From assembly GCF_000981785.2 (NCBI RefSeq), contig NZ_CP011304.1:750001-782000 (forward strand): DNA of 32,000 nt, given 5' to 3'. The notes under the pieces are model-generated. The model saw nothing but the letters and a program-made list of their open reading frames with translations. It did not search any database and had not been told where the DNA came from. The position numbers and the translations under genes are program-made. Origin of the DNA: Microcystis aeruginosa NIES-2549. GTDB taxonomy: Bacteria; Cyanobacteriota; Cyanobacteriia; Cyanobacteriales; Microcystaceae. Of the stretch, positions 22,412-29,099 are shown one piece after another; positions within the stretch are counted from its first letter, which is position 1, and each line of letters begins with the position of its first letter.

Positions 22412-22598
22412 CCATCAGATTGAGCTAAATCGAACAAAACATCGTAAACAGCAGGAAAAATCGGCAACAGGGTAGAAGTCATGACATTAACTGCAAAGGT
22501 TTACTGCTAACAGTTTTAGGCCAACAATCCCCAATTTTTCAAGGTTGCTATCACAAAAATTAACATTTATTACAAGAAAACGGGTTTCTCGAAGAAAC
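22412..22598. repeat. direct repeat, copy 2 of the 18197-18381 module
   Basis: See copy 1. The short ORF here (22482..22378, 34 aa) shares its first 24 codons (MTSTLLPIFPAVYDVLFDLAQSDG) with copy 1 and then diverges. Confidence 0.9.
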
Positions 22599-22606
22599 CC
22601 GTTTTC
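22576..22606. other. perfect 14-bp-stem hairpin (GAAAACGGGTTTCT-CGA-AGAAACCCGTTTTC); the right arm is duplicated 29 nt downstream (22616-22641)
   Basis: The two arms are exact reverse complements. The hairpin is not adjacent to the 3' end of any gene. Confidence 0.85.
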
Positions 22607-23068
22607 TAAATATTTTCTCGAAGAAACCCGTTTTCTAAATAAAGGCAATCACTCTCCCCAATTCATAATTCCAGGATACCTTCTCCTTTATCATACTTTG
22701 TGCTTTTTGTCAAAAAAACTTTTTTTTTGCAATAAAACTACACAAAAAAAAGATCATCGTTGTGGGTGAAAATGACTGATTTACCCGTCTTAATTAGGAT
22801 CACCTTCTAGGTGTGGCAAGGGTTTCAACCATTGCTGCCCAAAAAAGCACAAAATAACCCATTATGAAATTCTATCAAATCGCTGTAACCATTATAACGT
22901 CGTTGTTAAATAAAAATCTTTCTCAATTAATTCTTAAGAATTTATAAATATTGCGGAATGTTAATTTAAATATTCTCAAGTTTTTGCAGTCAATAAATAA
23001 TTTTTGCTTATCTTTGTCAGAAAATAGAACTTCTGCAAAAATCCAACATCTACCATGGGGTTAGGAGT

Positions 23069-23110
23069 CAGTTATCAGTTATCAGTTATCAGTTATCAGT
23101 TATCAGTTCA
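23069..23110. repeat. heptanucleotide array, (CAGTTAT)x5 plus CAGTTCA
   Basis: Counted directly. It lies 66-107 nt upstream of the RND permease start codon. Confidence 0.95.
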
Positions 23111-23121
23111 CTGAGAAAACT

Positions 23122-23163
23122 CCCCACACCCCACACCCTACACCCCACACCCCATACCCCACT
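23122..23163. repeat. heptanucleotide array of CCCCACA-like units x6 (six G-runs on the minus strand)
   Basis: CCCCACA CCCCACA CCCTACA CCCCACA CCCCATA CCCCACT. The array ends 12 nt before the ATG at 23176. Confidence 0.95.
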
Positions 23164-23175
23164 TATTCAACAAAC

Positions 23176-25821
23176 ATGAAAGAATCGTGGCGAGAACGTC
23201 TGAATATCTCTCGAATAGCGATTAATGCCCCGAGGTTAACCATTGCTTTCTGGTTAGCGGTGGCAGTGGCGGGAATTTTGGCTTTTAGTTCCTTAAAATA
23301 CGCTCTTTTCCCCGATATCAGCTTTCCAGTCGTAATAATTAACGCTCAAGCGGATTTAGCTACTGCTATCACCACGGAACAGCAATTAACTAAACCCCTA
23401 GAAAATCCCCTTTTCTCTCTCCCCGGTTGTCGGGATGTGTCCTCGACTACTTCCCCCGGACAGTCAGTAATCAGCATTTTCTTTAAAATTGGCACAAATT
23501 TAGACAAAGCCACTGCAGCAGTTAAACAGACTATCTCGCAAGTCCCTTTACCCCCTCAAGCTACCACAGAAGTTATCCCCGTTGATTTAAATGAGTCGGC
23601 AACAGTCACATATGCGCTGGTGAGTGAGCAGAAAACTCTAGAAGAATTAAGCCAAATCGCCCAAGATAATTTAATTCCGCCCTTAAAAGCTCTTCCTGGT
23701 ACGGCTAAAGTTAATTTACTCGGTCAAGGTACAGTTAGGGAAGATAATCCCCATAAAAGCTTAACCCGACCATTGCCCACGCTGGTGCGCTTTAACGGCC
23801 AAGAGGCGATCGCAGTGCAGGTAATCAAAAAAGGTGCCGCCAATAGTCTCGATCTCGTTGCTCAAGCAGAAAAACGGGTTAAAGACATAGCACAAAAACT
23901 GCCCGATGTCAAGATAATTTTAGCTGAAACCCAAGCGGAATATATTCGCGCTGCCCTACAAGGCACGATCGATGATTTACTTTTGGCAGTTTTGCTGTCA
24001 GTGCTGGTGATCTTGATATTTTTAGGCAGTTTCGCCGCTACAATCATTTCTGCTCTGGTTATCCCCCTATCTCTTTTGGGGACTTTCATTATCATGGCCA
24101 TCTATGGGTTTAATCTGGAAACCCTGACGCTGCTGGCTCTCGCTTTGGTGATCGGCATTGTCGTGGATGATGCGATCGTGGATGTGGAGAATATTTCCCG
24201 TTTAATCGATGCGGGGGAAACCCCGAAAAATGCGGCACTTAAGGGGACAAGGGAGATCGGATTAGCTGTCACTGCTTCCACTTTAACCATTGTTGCCGTG
24301 TTTATACCCGTGGCTTTTATGGGGGGTGCGGTGGGGCAGTTTTTCCAACCCTTCGGTTTAACTGTCTCGGCTGCGGTGATTTTTTCCCTGTTGGTTGCCC
24401 GAACTTTATCGCCAGTTTTGGCAGTATATTGGCTGAAACCGCAGGCACGGGCAAAAATGACGAAACAAAAGCGACCAATTGAGAACGCCTATCGACGGCT
24501 CTTAAACTGGTCATTGCGTCATCGTTTGCTGGTCATTGCTATTGCCCTAATTACCTTTTTTGCGGGTATTGCCTTGATTCCTTTTATTTCTAGGGGATTT
24601 ATTCCCCGACTCGATCGCGGCGAGTTTAATCTGGTTTATACTTCTCCTTTGCCGAAAATAACGCAAATTAGCCCTAATAAACCAAAAAATAAGAGTTCTA
24701 CTGATAGTTTCGCTTGGATTTCCCAGTTAGCGAGTTCTCCCGAAAGTTTTCTCCTGCGTCGCACTGTCCGGGATGGCAGCAAATTAGAAGCGCCGATTTT
24801 ACGCGATGGGGAAGTGGAATCGACTTTTATGATCGCCGGTTTACGCGGTGAGCCGAATCGTGGCAAAATTCACGTTAAACTGAAGGGCGATCGTAAATCT
24901 CACACCAGTGGGGTGCAGCAACGGATTCGGCAAATTTTACCGACAATTAGAGGGGTGAATGTCAGTGTCGAGGACATTCCTTTTGTGCAGACGGAAGCGG
25001 AAAAGCCGATCCAAATTGCGATTAAAAGCGATAATTTGCCACTATTGCGCGATAGTGCCGAGAAATTGCGGGTTGAGGCCGCTAAAATCGCTGGTTTAAA
25101 GGATATTTCCCTATCATCTAGATTAAATGAGCGGGGGGATTTTTTGGCGATCGAGCGTTTAAATGGTCAACAGGCGATTTTTCTTAGTGCTAATCTCAGT
25201 CCGGATTTAGGCTTAGAAGATGCGGCGATTAAAATTGAAGGGATTCCTTTACCGGAAGGGATAACTTTACAGCGTTGGGGTACTTCTTCTCAAAGTAGCG
25301 ATGTTTTGGGCAGTTTTGGTCGCACTTTAATCCTAGCGACAATTTTAATGTTAGGAGTTTTATGGTTATTATTCAGAAGACTGCTAGAAACTATCGTCAT
25401 CGCTTTATGTTTACCTTTAGCGATTGTGGGGGCAATGTTAGGGTTATTGGTAACGGGTAGTGAGTTTAGTATGATTTCTTTGATCGGGTTTATCTTCCTC
25501 TTGGGATTACTGGATAAAAACGCTGTGTTATTGCTGGATTATACTAACCAATTGCGTCAACAGGGTTGGAGTCGGGAGCAAGCGGTTTTAGAAACGGGAA
25601 TGATTAGGTTAAGACCGATTTTAATGACCACTTGTTCGACAATTTTAGGCATGATTCCGCTCGCTTTGGGATTGGGTACTGGTGCGGAATTGCGGCAACC
25701 CATGGCGATGGTAATTGTGGGAGGTTTAGTGACTTCTTCCCTGTTGAGTTTAATTGTTGTGCCTGTGTTATATCTAAGTTTAGAGGATGTTTGGAACCGG
25801 ATTAAAGCCAGTCAAAAGTAG
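23176..25821 (+). CDS. efflux RND transporter permease subunit (AcrB/HAE-like, compact at 881 aa)
   Basis: It has a 12-TM architecture with two periplasmic loops. Motifs include LALVIGIVVDDAIVDVENI and LRPILMTTCSTILGMIPLALG. Confidence 0.85.
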   Translation: MKESWRERLNISRIAINAPRLTIAFWLAVAVAGILAFSSLKYALFPDISFPVVIINAQADLATAITTEQQLTKPLENPLFSLPGCRDVSSTTSPGQSVISIFFKIGTNLDKATAAVKQTISQVPLPPQATTEVIPVDLNESATVTYALVSEQKTLEELSQIAQDNLIPPLKALPGTAKVNLLGQGTVREDNPHKSLTRPLPTLVRFNGQEAIAVQVIKKGAANSLDLVAQAEKRVKDIAQKLPDVKIILAETQAEYIRAALQGTIDDLLLAVLLSVLVILIFLGSFAATIISALVIPLSLLGTFIIMAIYGFNLETLTLLALALVIGIVVDDAIVDVENISRLIDAGETPKNAALKGTREIGLAVTASTLTIVAVFIPVAFMGGAVGQFFQPFGLTVSAAVIFSLLVARTLSPVLAVYWLKPQARAKMTKQKRPIENAYRRLLNWSLRHRLLVIAIALITFFAGIALIPFISRGFIPRLDRGEFNLVYTSPLPKITQISPNKPKNKSSTDSFAWISQLASSPESFLLRRTVRDGSKLEAPILRDGEVESTFMIAGLRGEPNRGKIHVKLKGDRKSHTSGVQQRIRQILPTIRGVNVSVEDIPFVQTEAEKPIQIAIKSDNLPLLRDSAEKLRVEAAKIAGLKDISLSSRLNERGDFLAIERLNGQQAIFLSANLSPDLGLEDAAIKIEGIPLPEGITLQRWGTSSQSSDVLGSFGRTLILATILMLGVLWLLFRRLLETIVIALCLPLAIVGAMLGLLVTGSEFSMISLIGFIFLLGLLDKNAVLLLDYTNQLRQQGWSREQAVLETGMIRLRPILMTTCSTILGMIPLALGLGTGAELRQPMAMVIVGGLVTSSLLSLIVVPVLYLSLEDVWNRIKASQK

Positions 25822-25850
25822 CTAGTTTTACCGTCGCTTTAGTTAGGGTT

Positions 25851-26127
25851 GGGTGCATCCCACATTTGCAGAAATACCGAGAATCAGCAATTATCAGTGA
25901 CTCTTAAATTAGTATAAAAATATGAACAATCGCGTGTAAGCATCCCACCGAAAAGCTAATGCGCGGGGGGTTTGGGGGCGGCGCCACGCCCCCAACGGGG
26001 GGTTTGGGGGGTAGAACCCCCCAAAAGCTTGGATTGAGTAATAAAACCGAAAGTAACCCCCAATTTTAGGAGAAAGTTTCCCCTGAAAAATCCCAAATTA
26101 GTAGATTTACAAAAATGAGATGCACCC
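25851..26127. mobile_element. MITE-like element, copy 1 (~277 bp) with terminal inverted repeats
   Basis: Left end GGGTGCATCCCACATTTGCAGAAAT. Reverse complement of the right end GGGTGCATCTCATTTTTGTAAATCT. About 80 percent similar to the copy at 27717-28017 in the same orientation. Confidence 0.7.
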
Positions 26128-26182
26128 TTATGGTTACCCTGTCACCCTGTCCTCACTAAAAACTTTTTGCCACAAACCCTAG

Positions 26183-27607
26183 TTATTGTTTTGGCTTCTG
26201 ATTACTATAGAGTCGTTTGAATTCTTTTTGTTGTTGATTATGATCGACAATTGGCTCAGGATAACCACAACGATGTCTTTCTAAACGGGGGATTTTTCCG
26301 GTTACTAAATATTCCGTATCTACGGAAGCTAATTCCGGCAACCACTGACGAATATATTCCCCTTCCGGATCGAATTTTTGTGTCTGACTAGCGGGATTAA
26401 AAATTCTTAAAGGTTTCGGATCCATGCCACTAGAGGCACTCCACTGCCAACCACCATTATTAGCGGCTAAATCGCCATCAAAAAGTTTCTGCATGAAGTA
26501 TTTTTCGCCTTTTTGCCAGTTAATAATTAAATCTTTGGTTAAAAAACTCGCCACGATCATGCGACAACGATTGTGCATCCATCCCGTTTCATTTAATTGT
26601 CGCATAGCCGCGTCAACGATCGGATAGCCGGTTTGTCCCTGGCACCAAGCTTGAAAATGTTCTTCGTTATCCTGCCAAGGAAAATGACGAAATTCTTTTC
26701 TATAAGCACCGACCGCCAATTCTGGGAAAAAATAGAGACAATGCTGGTAAAATTCCCGCCAAGCTAACTCTTGCTGCCAAGTGATAATACTATTTTTTGC
26801 TTCCTCGGCCCGGCAATTTTCTAATAATTCTAGGGTTGCCGTCCAAATTGTGCGGATGCCAATCGCCCCAAATTTTAAAGCGGCACTCAAGCGCGAGGTC
26901 CCATCGAAAGCGGGGAAGTTACGATCTTCTTGATAATTGTTAATAACCCCTTGACAAAATTCTTCTAATCTGCTATGGGCGGCTTTTTCTCCGGGGGTGA
27001 GGGGTAAGGGATTTTGCCAAGTAAAACCTAAATTTTCTAGGGTTGGTAAGTTAATAGTTTCTGTGAGTTTGTCCCCTTCATTTTCGTCTAATCCTTGCAG
27101 GTTTTCTAGGGTTTTGGGGCTGGCTTTGGCTAATTGGCTCCAATTTTTCCAAAAAGGAGTATATACGGTGTAGGGACTTTTTGAGAGGGTGAGGACTTGT
27201 CCTGGAGCGTGGAGAAGTTGATCCCAGAAGGTTTCTACCTCAATTCCTTTTGTTTGTAAAGCGGCGATTACCTGTTGATCCCGTTGACGAGCGTAGGGTT
27301 CGATATCGAGGTTAAAAAAAACTGCTTTTGCCGATAAATTGCTGGCTAAGTTGACGAGTGTTTGACTGGGGTTGCCGCGAATAATCAGTAATTGACTACC
27401 TTTTTGGCGATAATTTTTTTCTAATTCCTCTAGACAACCGAGGAGATAGGCAACCCTAGCCGGGGCGATATCATCCCCTTCTAAAATAGCAGGATCGAGG
27501 CAGAAAACCCCGATAATTTTCGGACTGCGCTCCCTAGCTTTGCTCAGTCCAATATTATCCGAGAGACGTAAATCGCGACGATGCCAGAAAAGGATTAGAT
27601 TTGACAT
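26183..27607 (-). CDS. phr: deoxyribodipyrimidine photo-lyase (cryptochrome/photolyase family)
   Basis: 474-aa [20 protein letters not shown] at the N-terminus; FAD-domain motifs [34 protein letters not shown] and [13 protein letters not shown]. Confidence 0.9.
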   Translation of the reverse strand: MSNLILFWHRRDLRLSDNIGLSKARERSPKIIGVFCLDPAILEGDDIAPARVAYLLGCLEELEKNYRQKGSQLLIIRGNPSQTLVNLASNLSAKAVFFNLDIEPYARQRDQQVIAALQTKGIEVETFWDQLLHAPGQVLTLSKSPYTVYTPFWKNWSQLAKASPKTLENLQGLDENEGDKLTETINLPTLENLGFTWQNPLPLTPGEKAAHSRLEEFCQGVINNYQEDRNFPAFDGTSRLSAALKFGAIGIRTIWTATLELLENCRAEEAKNSIITWQQELAWREFYQHCLYFFPELAVGAYRKEFRHFPWQDNEEHFQAWCQGQTGYPIVDAAMRQLNETGWMHNRCRMIVASFLTKDLIINWQKGEKYFMQKLFDGDLAANNGGWQWSASSGMDPKPLRIFNPASQTQKFDPEGEYIRQWLPELASVDTEYLVTGKIPRLERHRCGYPEPIVDHNQQQKEFKRLYSNQKPKQ

Positions 27608-27622
27608 AAAGTGAGGTGATGA

Positions 27623-27668
27623 GTGGTCACTGAGCTTGTCGAAGTGTGGTCACTGAGCTTGTCGAAGT
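27623..27668. repeat. exact 23-bp tandem duplication GTGGTCACTGAGCTTGTCGAAGT x2
   Basis: Read directly. It starts 16 nt upstream of the photolyase start codon. Confidence 0.95.
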
Positions 27669-27716
27669 GAAGATTATCAGGGGCGAGATTATTGGGGTAA
27701 AACGGGGATACAGTTA

Positions 27717-28017
27717 GGCTGCATCTCACCTTTGCAGGAATACCGACAATCAGCAATTATCAATGACTCTTAGATGATTACAAATGTATCAGCAGCTGTC
27801 TGTAAGCATCCCACGGAAAAGCTAATGCGCTCCGGGGTTTGGGGCCCCGCCACTTCCCCAACGGGGGGTTTATAGTCATTTCAATTAAGATTGAGAATAT
27901 TAATCCCAGAGTTCCTAAGGATTTTGTCGGTCTAGACTGTATCAGACTTATCTGAAATGACTATAGTTTCCCTTTAAAAATCCCAACTCAGTAGATTTAC
28001 AAAAATGAGATGCACCC
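27717..28017. mobile_element. MITE-like element, copy 2 (~301 bp), carrying a nested mini-MITE
   Basis: Ends GGCTGCATCTCACCTTTGCAGGAAT ... GTAGATTTACAAAAATGAGATGCACCC. Collinear with copy 1 apart from the internal segment. Confidence 0.7.
27871..27965. mobile_element. nested ~91-95-bp mini-MITE with perfect 13-bp TIRs (TATAGTCATTTCA / TGAAATGACTATA), possibly flanked by a TA duplication
   Basis: The TIRs at 27871-27883 and 27953-27965 are exact reverse complements. If the terminal TA dinucleotides are a target duplication, this resembles IS630/Tc1-type MITEs. Confidence 0.6.
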
Positions 28018-28274
28018 CGTTAAAACTATTTGGCTGAGACTGCGAAAGTAACATGATATCAGCCAGACTTGGAAACTATCTGATCCAATTAGTTCCCCCA
28101 TAGAACCCCCTTGAGCCATTTTGCACACTTTTCTCTTTTTGTCAAATTTTATGTTAAGAAAGATGTGACTAATGGATAGCTTAATCAAGGGGGTATTCTG
28201 ACAATTTTCAGGCTGAGGATTGAACTATCTCTGAGAATATTTTAGCTGTATCAGTCCCAGATCATTGATTTAGT

Positions 28275-28958
28275 TTAGCGACCGAAACCAGCGTACCAAA
28301 AATAGGTGACCATGGGGATTACTGTAGCTAAAACCAGTAAAACTATCACCCAAATTGTGGCACTTTTATCGTCAGTTTCCTCTGCGGTAGTAAAGGTACT
28401 TTCGATATTAATTGTCGCTACTTCCGGCGGTCCGGGATCTGCTTCTCCAGAAAGTACCGCCGTTAGACGACGACTAGCATCGAGTAAAGCTTGATTATAT
28501 TTTCCCCCATCTTTGAGGGGAACTGCCATAGTTTCCGAGAGGATACTATCGGCAATAGCTTCGGTTAATAGGGGTTTTGCTTCCTCCCCAACCCGCATAG
28601 CAGTTTTATTGGTTAAAGTATCAAGGACGATGATAGTTTGATTAGTCCGATCTTCAGGATTAGGATACCATTCTCTCAGGATATCATCGGCTAAATTGTC
28701 AATTTTTTGACCGTAATCCAAGCGCCGGACTACCACCATTCTCACTTCTTGGCCGGTTTTTTCGGCGAGATTTTTCAGGTCTTTATTTAATTTTCCCTCG
28801 TTAGCGGCACTAATGGCCGAAACGGGATCGACCACATAAGTGGGCGCTCCGGGGCTTAAAATAGGGAGGTCATAGACTCCCATAGCAGCAGCCGGTGACA
28901 GGGAAACAGCCAAGGCTACACAGCAGGAGAGAAGGAGAGAAGCTAATAATTTGAGCAT
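28275..28958 (-). CDS. psb32: TPM-domain protein, photosystem II repair protein Psb32 (TLP18.3)-like
   Basis: 227-aa ORF. It has a signal peptide, then YVVDPVSAIS...L...L..LE..TG.EVRMVVVRRLDYG and a C-terminal TM anchor. This architecture is typical of Psb32. Confidence 0.7.
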   Translation of the reverse strand: MLKLLASLLLSCCVALAVSLSPAAAMGVYDLPILSPGAPTYVVDPVSAISAANEGKLNKDLKNLAEKTGQEVRMVVVRRLDYGQKIDNLADDILREWYPNPEDRTNQTIIVLDTLTNKTAMRVGEEAKPLLTEAIADSILSETMAVPLKDGGKYNQALLDASRRLTAVLSGEADPGPPEVATINIESTFTTAEETDDKSATIWVIVLLVLATVIPMVTYFWYAGFGR

Positions 28959-29052
28959 ATCGATTCGGTAAAATTCCTATAGAACATAATAGGGGAAAAG
29001 TTTCCTGTTTTTTGAGTCGAGAGAACGGAGACAGCAGATGGGAGGCTTTTTT

Positions 29053-29099
29053 AGTGAACAGTGAACAGTAAACAGTCAACTGACATCTGATAACTGATT
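29053..29099. repeat. degenerate heptamer array (AGTGAAC AGTGAAC AGTAAAC AGTCAAC TGACATC TGATAAC TGATTA) abutting the kinase start codon
   Basis: 7-nt periodicity read directly. The last units are the reverse complement of the CAGTTAT family. The array ends at the A of the ATG (29100). Confidence 0.8.

Noticed and set aside
22545-22769. 74-aa ORF on the plus strand
   Set aside because: It spans the hairpin, the duplicated arm and an A/T homopolymer-rich tract, and its translation is repeat-driven.
23862-24866. Minus-strand ORFs inside the RND permease gene
   Set aside because: They are antisense to a gene with clear RND motifs.
27997-28188. 63-aa ORF on the minus strand
   Set aside because: It ends inside the MITE terminal repeat and has no RBS or family resemblance.
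28870-29079. 69-aa ORF overlapping the psb32-like start region
   Set aside because: It overlaps the signal-peptide coding region of a supported gene in another frame.
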